DNA of 64,000 nucleotides, from sequence record NC_029103.1; one strand, 5' to 3'. Every line of letters starts with the position of its first letter. Positions within the stretch are counted from its first letter, which is position 1. Positions 1-12,159 of the stretch are shown here, in pieces. A program made the position numbers and the translations under genes. The notes under the pieces were generated by a model. The model was not told where the DNA came from, searched no databases, and saw nothing but the letters and a program-made list of their open reading frames with translations.

Positions 1-43
1 AAGAGGAAAATAATTAATAAAAACTTCTAGATTAAAAAAAAGT

Positions 44-709
44 CTAACTATTATTATTTGTTAAACCTTCTAATTCAGGCAACTTGTGTTCTATATCATA
101 CAACACGTTACCTATCTCATCTAACAAGGCACTTAATACCTCTAATTTCTTATTCTTACTCATATTATCATAATAGTATATATACGGATCAATTTCATCA
201 TAATAGTTATAATTTTTGACTCCGAAGGCAATATCGCCTATCTTCCTGTACCAATAATCTAAATCAATATCACTTAATGACTCCCCGTCCTTTAATGCAC
301 GGTTAATTGCATTTCCGAACTCTTCCAATACCTCAGCATAAGCTTTTAGACGCCTAGCTTTACAGGTATCACTAAGCTCATCATTTTGTATTATATTCTC
401 ATATAACATTGACAACGTGTCGGCTAGGTAATCTCTTGTATCGTCTGCGTAACTATCTAGTTCTAGATCCATCTCCTGTTCCCATAGCTTCTCGTACTCC
501 TTTTTCACTTCATCCCAGAACTTTTCTGATTTATCTATCTCTTTTTGAAGTTCATTATCCTCTTCCTCTGTAAGATACATATCTACGAACGTGTCTAACT
601 GGTCTGGGCTATGATATTCCAAGCAATCAAGTACAGTGTCTCCAGAGATATTTGTACAGTAATCTACTACCCTTTCTATTATGATTCCGGCTACCTCACT
701 TGGTTCCAT
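44..709 (-). CDS. Acidic protein, paralog family A (copy 1); likely start MEPSEV at 709
   Basis: Very D/E-rich ORF that aligns by eye with 24770-25447 and 31910-32569 (V..YC...LDCL..H.P..L; FW..VK.EY.KLW). GGAATAAAA precedes the ATG at 709. Confidence 0.75.
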   Translation of the reverse strand: MEPSEVAGIIIERVVDYCTNISGDTVLDCLEYHSPDQLDTFVDMYLTEEEDNELQKEIDKSEKFWDEVKKEYEKLWEQEMDLELDSYADDTRDYLADTLSMLYENIIQNDELSDTCKARRLKAYAEVLEEFGNAINRALKDGESLSDIDLDYWYRKIGDIAFGVKNYNYYDEIDPYIYYYDNMSKNKKLEVLSALLDEIGNVLYDIEHKLPELEGLTNNNS

Positions 710-956
710 TTTTATTCCCAATACAAAATTCGTGGGTCGAGATATAAATCTTTTCCTCAAACAGATGTTTTAGACAGTGCTGACTTCCTCCTCGTCCTTC
801 CAAGGCAGAGTAGCTCACTCTCTTTGTTTTTCCATTTTTTACGTTATTTCTGCCTAACTGGTTGGGCATAACCGTCAATATTCAACATCACCAGAGTAGA
901 AAAAGCGAAACGAAAAGCTTATTAATTCGTCAAACAGATGTTTTAGATGAAGAAAA

Positions 957-1325
957 ATGGTGGTTTCAGTAGTCCTTCCAGGTTTAAGCGGTAGAAAGGC
1001 AAAAATAGCAGGGTCTATTGTCAAAGTAACGTTTGGATCAGCCGATTTCGACGTTCCAAAAATAGCAATAGCACTACTAATCGTCGGTGTGATCATAGGT
1101 CTTTCAGGACTTATCCTATCCATCTTCGCCACCGCTACTGCAGGAGCAATCGCCAATCCACAACCAGGAACATTAGCATACAACATGACACACCCATTAG
1201 TCGACGGTATGGTATCGTTCTTCAGCTTCTTCCCAACGTTGTATGTACTCTTAGGCGTAACAGGAATAGTATTAATCGCGGCAGGAATAATATCCATAAT
1301 AATGGACAAATTCAAGACGGGTTAA
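957..1325 (+). CDS. Major capsid protein of spindle-virus type (hydrophobic helical hairpin with basic N-terminal extension)
   Basis: Two long hydrophobic helices joined by a loop with an N-glycosylation sequon (NMT), and a basic N-terminal leader. Same architecture as SSV1 VP1 and the SMV1 capsid protein. TATA-like element upstream, pyrimidine tract downstream. Confidence 0.75.
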   Translation: MVVSVVLPGLSGRKAKIAGSIVKVTFGSADFDVPKIAIALLIVGVIIGLSGLILSIFATATAGAIANPQPGTLAYNMTHPLVDGMVSFFSFFPTLYVLLGVTGIVLIAAGIISIIMDKFKTG

Positions 1326-1425
1326 AACTCTAAAGTTAAACACGTATTTTTTCGTTTATCCATTATCTTCTTCCTCCTTCTTCTTCCTCCTCTTTTTAAT
1401 ACTTTTGTGCTGTTAAGATATTAAC

Positions 1426-2274
1426 ATGGGTCTAAAAACACCACCTTCAAACGTAAGTTTGACAAACACTATAACTATAACCCCACCACCACACACTACT
1501 CAGCAACAGCTTAGTCCTTTTTCGTTATTCCAAATGTTGCTATCTCCACCATACGTCTACATTTTCATCGCCTTAGGTGTGCTAATTGTAGTATTCATTG
1601 TCGTACTCTTAGCGTTCAGGAAGTCATACGCAAAAGACCCGATAAGAAGTGGACTAATACGACAAATCCGTCGTTCTAAGAACAGTGACGTNGTAGTCGT
1701 GAACGTCGATATAGCTACCAGGTCTGCCCAGTTATATATCGGTGAGAAATTGTCNCCNTCNNTNTACACAATCCACGACCCGGTTACAGGAGAGGAGCTG
1801 ATAGTTCCGGTAACCTCTGAGTCTATGGTAGGGATGATACAGTACGGAAAGATACACAGACCGCTGTTAATCACAATAAGGAAAAGTAATACAATGCCGT
1901 TTGCAATAAGGTTAGAGACGTTAGAAACATCAATACCTGTGTCTGAGTATGATACTGCAGAACCGGAACTGTTAGCACAGTTGGCAAAGGTCAAAAAGAT
2001 GATTACCGGTACTATAACGTTGTCTCCTACGACAAAGCTTGCTATTGCTGTTGACCCTAAGTTGTTATTGAGCAGACGGCTATCGCAGGAATTGGAAATA
2101 CTCAGTACAATACCAACGGCAGTTAAGGAGATGAACACAAACTTAGTGAAGTTATTGAAGTTGCAAAATGAGAGTAAGCGTGTACAAACGATGGGTAGAA
2201 TAATGCTATACTTCGTTATCGGCATAATGGCGATGATGTTCCTTGCAGTGCTGTTCGGTTTACATATAATTTAA
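1426..2274 (+). CDS. Membrane protein with N- and C-terminal TM helices
   Basis: Hydrophobic segments at about aa 42-64 and 257-281; adjacent to the capsid gene. Confidence 0.7.
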   Translation: MGLKTPPSNVSLTNTITITPPPHTTQQQLSPFSLFQMLLSPPYVYIFIALGVLIVVFIVVLLAFRKSYAKDPIRSGLIRQIRRSKNSDXVVVNVDIATRSAQLYIGEKLXXXXYTIHDPVTGEELIVPVTSESMVGMIQYGKIHRPLLITIRKSNTMPFAIRLETLETSIPVSEYDTAEPELLAQLAKVKKMITGTITLSPTTKLAIAVDPKLLLSRRLSQELEILSTIPTAVKEMNTNLVKLLKLQNESKRVQTMGRIMLYFVIGIMAMMFLAVLFGLHII

Positions 2275-2374
2275 CCTATTTTTTTCCCCTTGTCTCTGCT
2301 TCTACAGTCCGTTAGTGTCGAGTAAGAAAATTTTTAATAGCTACGAGCAAACATATGTTTGAGGGATGTGAAAA

Positions 2375-4645
2375 ATGAGTAACAACAACGCTTCACTCGT
2401 CCCGTTAAACGAGTATCTCCTCCAGGTTTTTTCTAAGTTCCTACTATCTAAAGATTTTATATTTGACTACGATGTATCAAAGAACTACGACGGATCATTA
2501 ACGTTAGTTAATTATAAGCCTTTTGCAACGTTTAGCTATGATACCTCGCCAGGATATATGCCATTTATAATTCAAATAAGTACTTCAGGGAAGAAACGCC
2601 ACTGGAAGAAATACCCCTTTGCCCACATAATAGAATATGGTGAACGTGGTAAGGAAAAGTTCGTACCTTTAGATGAAGATAGTATTATCAATATAATCGA
2701 GGGATACGGTTTTACACTTTATTATAAGAATATTGATGTCAATGTAGTGCAAAGTGGTACAAATAAAGAATATAATTCAAAGGTAGTCTTAATCTATCCA
2801 AAAACTCCATTTGGTAAGGACACCTCGGAAGAAGATAAGAAAAAGATTGAGGCAAAAGTAAAATCAGTAATTCAAGCATTACAGTCCGTTAGCCCTATGA
2901 TCCGAGATAATTTCGATGCAATATATACGATTCAAACTTCCTCCAAGCAGGACTTATACCCGCACATTATACTCATCCCTAAGGGGCTTCTAAATGAAAT
3001 TTCCGATTTCCTGATATCTCAGTATAAACAAACTTATGGAAATGTTACCTTACCACCTGCAGAATTTGTACCTAANGAAGATGTGAAGTCCCAAGAAATA
3101 NAACAATTCNNNGANAAGNTNCCNNTCGANNTNNTTGGNAAAGCNGTCANAGGTACATACGGTTCTTATCCAGCAGTACTTTTACCGAAAGGAGANTANT
3201 CNCANTACCTCACAGGCAACGAACGTGTAATCAACNTCGGNGAAAATGATGTAATAGTTTTCGTCAATCCTCAGACTCAGAGTANCCCACAACAAGTAGT
3301 TCCCACCCCTCAAGCTCAAGAACAACAAAATACAGCTTCTTTAGGTACTCCACAACAAAGTACTCCACAACAACAAACCCCTACTCCTGAACAGCAGAAC
3401 GTAGAACAGAATGCAGTAGAAAATAGAAGTAATAACCTTAATAACTTAGAAAAAGTACTCAATATCGAACTTTCACTCTACATTCCCGACTGGCTAAAAC
3501 CATACCTAAACAAATACGGCATAAAGAAGGGAGAATCTTTAAGCAGAAAAGAGCGTGAGGAGTTCGCTGAAAAGATCTGGAACGAGTTACAAAAGAACTG
3601 GAAAAGAATCTTGGAATTATTAGACGTTAACAACGCCAGTATTCTTCCTACTACCGTCCTGGCGTTAGTTACCAAATTCCCGTCTGAATACAAAGCTTCA
3701 AGTAAGAAAGTTACCTACCAGTCAGGGAATGTCATAGAAGAGACTACCAGAAGCGTTCTGTCTAATGTATTCGCAGAACTCAGACAGAATTACCTCATAC
3801 CGTTGTTAGACTCTTTTGCCCCAGACCAAGTGTTGGACTTAAGAGTTATCAGACCACTGAGTCCGGACGAGTTCGAGAAGTACCAACAAGAACTTAGTAA
3901 CATGGTGGACTTCTACAGGGACGCATATATGATCTTCTCATTCACCAACTGGTTCAGAGACAAAGGTTACCAACAGATAAAGGGTACCAGTAACCTTAAG
4001 GAACCAAATCCTGAGAAGCTCAAATATCTTCACGACCTTGTTGATGCCTTTACACATCTAAAGTCTATAGGTCTCTCTGTACCACTAATTGTAGACAAAA
4101 ATAACACGCTGTTGGTCGGGTCGCTTAACGACCTATCACCAGAAGGGGAGTATACCGTACTAAAGATAAAGGACTTCGACCTCAACCAAACCAGTGAAGA
4201 GGAATTGAAGGAATTAAAATCACTTTTGGATTTTGCAAAGAAAGCCTTTGACGACCAGTACGGTGTGTTAATTGCCAAAACTACTATAAGTCCTGCGACT
4301 CTTGACATGCAAGTNTTNAAAACCATAGTGAAATTATTAGGTATATGTTCGGAAGAGGACGAAATCTGTTTGTATAAGGCGAGACAACAATTATCAGCTT
4401 TCCCCGAGTCGCTTAAGGACAAGTTTATAGATAACATCGCAAAGGAAACCGGAAGGAACCCGAAGTACAGGATACAATTAATTAACTTGTTCGCAACACT
4501 GTTCGCACTTGTTAACTACTACGACTATCTGTCCNCNTTGCAGAGTGAAGAGATAAAGAACCAAGCTATTAGGAAACTAAGGGAAGAGGAAGAGGAAAAA
4601 GCTAAGAAGATACTTGATATGGTGAAGGAAGGCTTAAGGCTCTGA
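2375..4645 (+). CDS. Large uncharacterised protein with Gln/Pro-rich linker, probably virion/morphogenesis
   Basis: 756-aa ORF with RBS (GAGGGATG), promoter and operator at 2349. Confidence 0.7.
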   Translation: MSNNNASLVPLNEYLLQVFSKFLLSKDFIFDYDVSKNYDGSLTLVNYKPFATFSYDTSPGYMPFIIQISTSGKKRHWKKYPFAHIIEYGERGKEKFVPLDEDSIINIIEGYGFTLYYKNIDVNVVQSGTNKEYNSKVVLIYPKTPFGKDTSEEDKKKIEAKVKSVIQALQSVSPMIRDNFDAIYTIQTSSKQDLYPHIILIPKGLLNEISDFLISQYKQTYGNVTLPPAEFVPXEDVKSQEIXQFXXKXXXXXXXKXVXGTYGSYPAVLLPKGXXXXYLTGNERVINXXENDVIVFVNPQTQSXPQQVVPTPQAQEQQNTASLGTPQQSTPQQQTPTPEQQNVEQNAVENRSNNLNNLEKVLNIELSLYIPDWLKPYLNKYGIKKGESLSRKEREEFAEKIWNELQKNWKRILELLDVNNASILPTTVLALVTKFPSEYKASSKKVTYQSGNVIEETTRSVLSNVFAELRQNYLIPLLDSFAPDQVLDLRVIRPLSPDEFEKYQQELSNMVDFYRDAYMIFSFTNWFRDKGYQQIKGTSNLKEPNPEKLKYLHDLVDAFTHLKSIGLSVPLIVDKNNTLLVGSLNDLSPEGEYTVLKIKDFDLNQTSEEELKELKSLLDFAKKAFDDQYGVLIAKTTISPATLDMQXXKTIVKLLGICSEEDEICLYKARQQLSAFPESLKDKFIDNIAKETGRNPKYRIQLINLFATLFALVNYYDYLSXLQSEEIKNQAIRKLREEEEEKAKKILDMVKEGLRL

Positions 4646-4690
4646 TAATATTTTTAAACCATTACTCAAACATATGTTTTGGGGAAAAAG

Positions 4691-5092
4691 ATGAGCTGGT
4701 CAAATTGGGTTAGATCAGAGTTCAACGACTTACATCCAGAGAAGTACGCCAGAGACGCATTACACACGNTNNTATTATTCGAAAGAGGGGAAATAGACTA
4801 TCCTGAAGTAACACTGAAACTTGCAGGAGATGAGGCNTGGTCTGACGCCTTCCCACCTTTGAAGTAAAGCGTTACACGACCTTGTACTCTTAAATAAAAG
4901 ACGAAATAAAANAGAAACGGCATACCTGACGGCACGCCAGTACCTGACTGCGTTAAGGAGAGAAATAACTNAAGGAAGCTAAGAAACGCGGGATACTGCA
5001 AAACGTTAGAGGAATGGGCTAACGGNTACGAAGAAAGCTATGATTTTGAACNAGNTAGGGTGATTAAGAAAATGGGTTTTTTNCTGATCTAG
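4691..5092 (+). CDS. ATV p131/p145-like helical virion protein paralog (frameshifted or ambiguous in this consensus)
   Basis: LFERGEIDYPEVTLKLAGDE matches the p131-type motif (YPEVTLKLAGEE). Coding-like sequence continues in other frames to about 5092. Confidence 0.6.
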
Positions 5093-5133
5093 CCACAGCG
5101 TTACGTTCATCTATTTCTTTCATAGTTATCGTT

Positions 5134-5388
5134 ATGTTTACGATAATATTCATTATAGTCTTCGGTCTCCTTGTGTACTTTTTCAACGTCTTCAACACTG
5201 CACAGTCTCAAGTGTCTCAAACCGTTCATCCTACGAACAATATTTCACATGCAGTCTCCGCTGATATACATAATGCTTATACAGGTTTCGTCCCATACGT
5301 AAACTACTGGATGTACGGACTTGGAATAGGTATAGTTGTAGCTCTCATTTTTATTATAGCGACATCGATTAGGGAGGAAGGTGAATGA
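5134..5388 (+). CDS. Small two-TM hairpin protein, possible minor capsid paralog
   Basis: Two hydrophobic helices around a polar loop with sequon NIS. Confidence 0.6.
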   Translation: MFTIIFIIVFGLLVYFFNVFNTAQSQVSQTVHPTNNISHAVSADIHNAYTGFVPYVNYWMYGLGIGIVVALIFIIATSIREEGE

Positions 5389-5717
5389 TAATGGAACTCA
5401 AACCGTCCATAACTACAGCAATAATATTTTTTGCGTTGGCTACGATGTTAGTAGTCGTAGCTTTCCCGTTCTTTAACCTCATAAGTAAACAAGTCCTCAT
5501 TATCTCTAACACTTCTATAATCTATACAAATAGTACAAGAGATTCGGTACAAGTAGCTAATTCCACATTTACGGTGAATCAACCGCAATATTATTCCCAA
5601 CAGTTCAATGTCCTGTTGACGTTCTACAGTATTATTGCATACCCGTTTTTTGATATTACAGTGTTCATAATGATCGTTGGGCTTGCGTTCATCTACTGGT
5701 TTTTGCGAGAAAGATAG
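5385..5717 (+). CDS. Small two-TM hairpin protein with sequon-rich loop
   Basis: Hydrophobic termini; NTS and two NST sequons; 4-bp overlap with the previous gene. Confidence 0.6.
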   Translation: MIMELKPSITTAIIFFALATMLVVVAFPFFNLISKQVLIISNTSIIYTNSTRDSVQVANSTFTVNQPQYYSQQFNVLLTFYSIIAYPFFDITVFIMIVGLAFIYWFLRER

Positions 5718-5782
5718 TAGACCTAATGGGGAGCAACAAAAATCTCGTAATCTTTAAAACAGCTGTTTAAGAGATATATTTA

Positions 5783-8700
5783 ATGAGTGAGAATACTGTC
5801 CCACAACAGATAAACCAGCTACTCTCTCAGGGCAATTATCAGCAAGCATTACAGTTAGCACAAAAATACGGTTTAACCGAAACAGCACAAGAAATCCAAG
5901 CGTTAATATACGTACAACAGGCGATTAACAACGCAGAGAACGGTAACCTCGACCAAGCATTAACTGATTTGCAGAACGCACAGAAGTTAGACCCTGAAAT
6001 AAACTTACAACCCTATTTCGCTTATCTCAACGTTATCCAGCTTTTCGATTCTGCGAATGAGGCACTGAAGAACGATGACTACAACACCGCTTTAACTGAC
6101 CTAAACCAAGCTCTACAAATAGCTCAACAGTACCCGAATGTGATCAACGTATCGCAAATACAACAACAGATACAGACAGTGCAAGCTCTGCAACAGATAA
6201 ACCAGTACATCAATAACGCTAACAGCGAACTGGAAAAAGCAAATTTCGCACAAGCTTACCAGTACCTTCAGCAAGCCTTACAACTGGCACAACAAAACAA
6301 TATCAGCGACAAGAGACTCGAAAACGTAACAACAGCCGTTTCATTCTTAGCGAAGATACCTCCGTTCCCACAACCACCGGAAGGAGAAATAACATTACAA
6401 GAGTTGCAACAGTACTTACAATCACTGAAATCATACTTCTCCACAGCATCACAGTACGCTACAGAAGCGTCACGGTATTACAACGGTTTTTCAGTCCTTG
6501 CAAACGGTTACCAACAGTCAGAACAGGTCAGTTCTCAGCTCCTGGATGTTGTTAATCTGTTAGTCTATGCACAAGATATTGTAGAAGGAAAGAGAAGCGT
6601 ACCAATGCCTGTACAGGATAAGAACCAAATATCTGAAACACAATACGCAATAAATCTTATACAACAAGCACAGGAACAATTAGGCAACATTAACGCTAAC
6701 GACACACCATTAGCAGGTTTAGCGAATTCGTTATCCGAAACTGCCCAGAAAATGTATACTATATACACTGCTTACTTACAAGTACTTGAGGACATAGGAG
6801 AAGCACAACAAGAGGCAGTAAATGGGAACTATTCTCAAGCTGTTCAGTATCTTCAACAGGCGTCACAAATAGCACAACAGAACGATATTACGATAAACTT
6901 AACTAACTATATTCAAGGTTTTACGGTTTTAGAGGGCTTACAACCATTACCTAAGCAACCTTCTAAACAAACGTTCCTTACTCTTTCTCAATATTTCAAC
7001 AGTGTGTATCAGGTTCTTCAGCAGAACTACCAGGTTTTGGAAAAGGCTTCTAAATACCTTCAACTAAATTTACAGGCAGTCCAAGGTGACATCCAGGACG
7101 CTAAGAACATATCGCAAGCCATGCAGTTGTTAGCAGAAGCCCAGTTTTTACTTACACCATCACCAAACAATACATTAGTCACCAATGTTGTGAACAAAAT
7201 TCGGCAAATTTTTGGCTCATCATCAAACAACACATCATCGTCCTCTAATATCATAAGCATGATTCTATCGAATAAGGACACAATTCTAAACAATATTTCG
7301 CAAGCTCTGCGGTTACTGAGCGAAAGTGAGAGCTACGATATGCAAAGTACCGCTCAACAGCTGTTTGAAATGGCACAAAAATACCAAGCCCAAGTGCAGA
7401 CTTACTTGGCAGGACTTGAGAAGACTCAGCAAACACTAGACGCCTTGAACACTGTAAACTCACTCGTAACTCAACAACCAAATGCTAATTCCCCGTCAGC
7501 ATACTTTCTGGCTTTACAAAACAACTATACCGAAGCTCTTAGAGTGTTAAAGAACGCAATGTCTTCCGCTATGCAAGCTAACTCTCTCTTCGAACAGATT
7601 AATGCTACACCACCGTTTGATATGAACCAATTTGAAAATGAGGATGTTGCGTTAGAGCAGTTCATTCAGCTCTTCGGGACTACTGCAAGTGCATATTCGT
7701 CAGTTGAAAGTTTATTAAACAATCAAGGTAACTTAAGTACTCCCTCAGATTACGCGAAGTATTACCAGAACGTAGCCTCCACGATACAGATGGCAATACA
7801 GCAAATAAATGCATTAAGGATTAGTGACAACGATGTTGTACAAGTAAGGCAACAAATAATTCAGTCGTTGCAAGAAAACGAGACTAACTACCTGGCTTTA
7901 TCGAACGCCTTTAACATAATAGCCCAAGCAGGGAATTCTCCACAGTCCTTAGCTCAAGCTTACAAGCAAGCATCACAGTACCTTTCTCAGTACCAAGCAC
8001 TTCAGTCTGTTGCACAACAATTCGCAAATATGAGCGAATTCTACACTCTCATTGCACAGGCTAACGGACTCCTTCAACAAGCGAGGAACACCTCCTCTCT
8101 TAGTACCGAAATTTCTCTAATGGAGCAGGCAAGGGAATATCTACAACAAACGCTCCAATACGTCCCGTCTAATTCACAAGCATATCAAACCATTCAGAAC
8201 GAGATATCGAATATTAACAAAGCAGTAAGCGTATTACAGAATGTACAACCCTTGCAACAACAACTAAAGAACGCGTTAAATAACGGGGACTGGTTATCTG
8301 CTTTATATTATTATAATGAATTATTGCAAACAACACAAGGTACTAACATAAACAACGTGATTACCGATGTATCACAAAATAACTACTTTAAAGCGATACA
8401 AGACGTTAACAACAACTCATCACTTCAACCGCAACAAAAACAGTTCTTGAACAGCCTTATAGCTACGGCAGGCATTAACACGTATTACTTGCCTCTGATG
8501 CAGTCCTCACTACAACAGGCTCAGTCACAAGCGTCTTCTTTGCAATTGTCCAATACCTTCAATTTCGCCGAACAGATGCAACCAGTAGCCAATGACTTGC
8601 AGAACGCACTTCAGTATGCTCAGGATGCTGAGAACTTAGCACAATATGTTTCTCCTCAGCTACAACAGAACTTATCCCAAGTCGTGTCAAAGATCCAGGA

Positions 8701-11700
8701 GAAGTATAACGCAATTGAGGAACAGATACATAGTGCCGAAAGTAATTGGCTACTTAACGGGTTTGAAGGTTTTGTTAACACTTTTAACACCGCTATAAAC
8801 GACCTGATGAACGATATTAACAACTTTATTTATTCACATTTAGGTAAGAATACTTTCACTGAAATCTTGGCAGGGATCGTTGACGGTGCCATATTTGTAG
8901 CAATCTCCGCTATTCCTTATGTCGGGCAAGCCTTCGATGTATTGTCGTTGATATCTTTTGTTGGTAGTATAGCATTTGATTTGTTAGCTGGTTCTGCGTC
9001 ATATAACGAGACGGTTAATTCCTTCAAACAGATGTTTACAAACCCAACGTCAATATCAACGATAGTGACACTGATAACTGGTGTACTTGCAAGAAAGTTG
9101 ATAGAACCAGACGAGGTAGCCACTACTGACATAACTAAGACTACGGACAGCGTGAAAACAGTCCTGTCAAAAATTGAGGATTCTATAAAGGACAAGGTCG
9201 ACATATCAAAAATAAGTGGTAAGGTAACTGATACTGTCAAAACAGACGTAATCAAGTCCCCAGACTTCTCAAAAATTAATGAACCTGGTGAAAGAGGTAA
9301 AGATAGATAAGCTAGACATTAAGGCACTGAAGAAATTAAGTAACAAGATGGTAAAGATTGAAGGGGACGCATANNAATTCGTTGATACTGATATATCCGA
9401 CACAAAGATTACGATAACAACTTCATACATTTTAAAGGACGTAAAACTGAAGGCGTTTGACGGAGCAAAGAATATTGTAGTAAAGTTAAGCAAAGACTTT
9501 GATAAGGGTATAGAAGTTAACGTTACACCGAAGCTTATTGACGATGTTGATAATGCAGTTGCNACATTTGAAAANGGNNAANTCAAGNTCACAACGNTNA
9601 NNGAAGAGACCATAAAGAACGCACTNTCTTCAAACGATTTAGNCACAGCTCTGGACACTATCAAAACTAANNTGNCNGNGACTGTCGNCAAACAACTGCT
9701 TGATGAACTCAAAACGNAAGACGGCAACATAGTGAAAATATCCCCAGACGAGGGCATNGCNTATNTCGGTGGTAAATTCTACGATGTGTTCTACAAGGAC
9801 GGCACACNAGNGAAGATGGANGNGATANATGACGNTNTNGCATTAGNTAAGCTAGAAAAATTCGNAGAGGACACTGTAGGTAACTTCGTAACGCTTAACA
9901 AGAACTTGATAGAACAACTGTTGAAGAACAACGAAAACTTGCGGACTATCGAATACCAATTAACAAATAAGCTTACAGGCAACGTTGTAAGGAATGAGTA
10001 CCTGAGAATTAAGGACTTATTAGGGAATGAGACAAAGTTCACGTCCAAAACTGAGATAAACCCTAACGAAATAAAATCAATTAATGAAATTGAAGGAAAG
10101 AATCTACCTGAAATATCTCAAAGTTCTGGGTATTTAACACCACAGGAAGTCGATAATCTACTCAGCTTTGATAACAAGTTTTCGCAGATATTCAGGCAAC
10201 TAATTGATGAACANCCNGAGGTCAAAGACTTACTTGAGAAGTTAGCGTCGAAAGGAAAATTGCCAGCTAGTTTNANACNACTTGAAGATATAGCTGATAA
10301 GATAGAATCATTTTACGANGCTCTGGACAANGAAGTGAAAGATATAGAGAGCAAGTTAAGCAGTAACCCACTATTCGACGGTGTAAAATGTCTCGAGTGT
10401 TGTTAAGTCTATTGCGGAAAAANTAGTAAAGAATAAACCCAGATGACGTACTGGACGGCGANGTACCTAAGATNTCACTATCAGATGTCCTAGACCGCTT
10501 AAGCACAGCAGATAGGGCTAAAGTAGTGTTGAATTACCTGAAGACAGACCCTAAGGTATACGAACGAGGTAATGCAAAAAACTGAGCAATTTCTCTAGCT
10601 GATACTAGAGATTACATACTAGCCCAAGCATACGACCAGATTGCTATAGCAATGAAGAATAATAAACCGATAACTGCCGATGGACTGGAAAACGTAGTTT
10701 GCAGATATAGACGACGCTATAGAAAATATAGAAAATATAAAGTCCTACAGAATCACAAACACCTGTTTCAACAACAAACACCACTTCTAACACTACCACC
10801 TCAACAACAACAACTACAGAGGGTACAGCTTCGAACAGCTCTTTCAAACGGCACATCAACAGTCCTACAATCATCAGAACAACAGCAAGGAGGGGTATTG
10901 ACGAGAGTNTCTCTAAANNCAATGGTAGAAAACGCCTTATCGAGCCTATTCCCAGATTTCGAAAAACTNCCGTCAACTGTGAAAACGTTATTTGAGAACA
11001 TTGTCCTCAGGGAGTTAGGCGAAAAAGGAGAACTAACAACAGAAGACATAACGAAAGCATTAGAGGACGCAAAAGCAGAGTATCAAGCGATATTGGACAG
11101 CATCAAGAAGATGGTTAATGACGTTAAAACTGAAGTGAAGACTAGNAGNGAAGAAGAAAACATTGTAAATAACCTGGACACTAGTATAGNCGANCTGGAG
11201 AAAAAAGTAAAGTTTGATGTGAAAAAGCTGTCGCAATTCTTGTCTATAGCTAGTTTCGTAGCAGACATGTTTAACGTCGCAACAGCAGTTGAACTTATAA
11301 CACAACTGAATGCACTCACTCCCCAACAGTTACAGCACACGATTATCCTTACCCAACCTCAGCTGGAGACAATAACTAGTATTGCCCCAACAATTAAGGA
11401 ACTAATCGTAAAGTTGGACAAAGGCGTGAAACTAAAAGACTTACAAGGTATAGCAGTGCAAATTAGGGACGCTTTGCAGAAGATGGGGATTAATATCGAC
11501 GTCGAACAGTTGCTAAGGATAATTAGTGTGTTACAAACTATAACTAAGGAGTTCAATTTACAAATTAGCGAGATAGCGTCTCTTATCGCTATAAACGATG
11601 TTAACGGTTTAACTGTTATTCCTATACCCGTCATATCAGGTATTACGTCACTGATTACGTCTATCCAGACTGGAAACACTACCACAATAACTGGAAACAC

Positions 11701-11935
11701 TACTTCAGTCGGCAGTGAAGAAATCCCAGAAACAACGCTATCTGTTGGCACCATACCACTGCAAGGAGAAGCAATACAACAGCTACAACAATTGTTAACA
11801 CCACCAAACGCTACACCACCTAATATTAATAATGAAGAAGGAGGGTCTCAAGGAGGAGGGGTTGCTGTACCTCCATCGTATTCAACGTCACAAACAACAT
11901 CATATAAGTCGAAACAACAATATTTAATAATATGA
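5783..11935 (+). CDS. Giant (~2000 aa) helical/TPR-like virion protein, split here into 5783-9310, 9279-10406 and 10652-11935
   Basis: Consecutive same-strand ORFs with no intergenic promoter and breaks near N-rich sequence. Gln-rich YxQAxQxAxQ repeats and a central hydrophobic segment. Size is like the ~1900-2300 aa proteins of ATV/STSV1. Confidence 0.6.
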
Positions 11936-12159
11936 AAGTGACGGTAGTTAGCTAGAGCCAGTTCGAATTAACGTAATCTTTTTTCCTTACTTCGTACTTT
12001 TTTCCGTATATAGCATTTCGAACTTTTGCCTCTTTTTCTTCCCCTTCACCTGGTTTCAACAGTGCGAAATTAAAACAGCAGTGGAAGCCCGTCCTTCGGC
12101 TCCAGTTTCCCCTCAAACAGATGTTTATATTTTTTTAGCCTGCTTGAAAATCTTATGAT

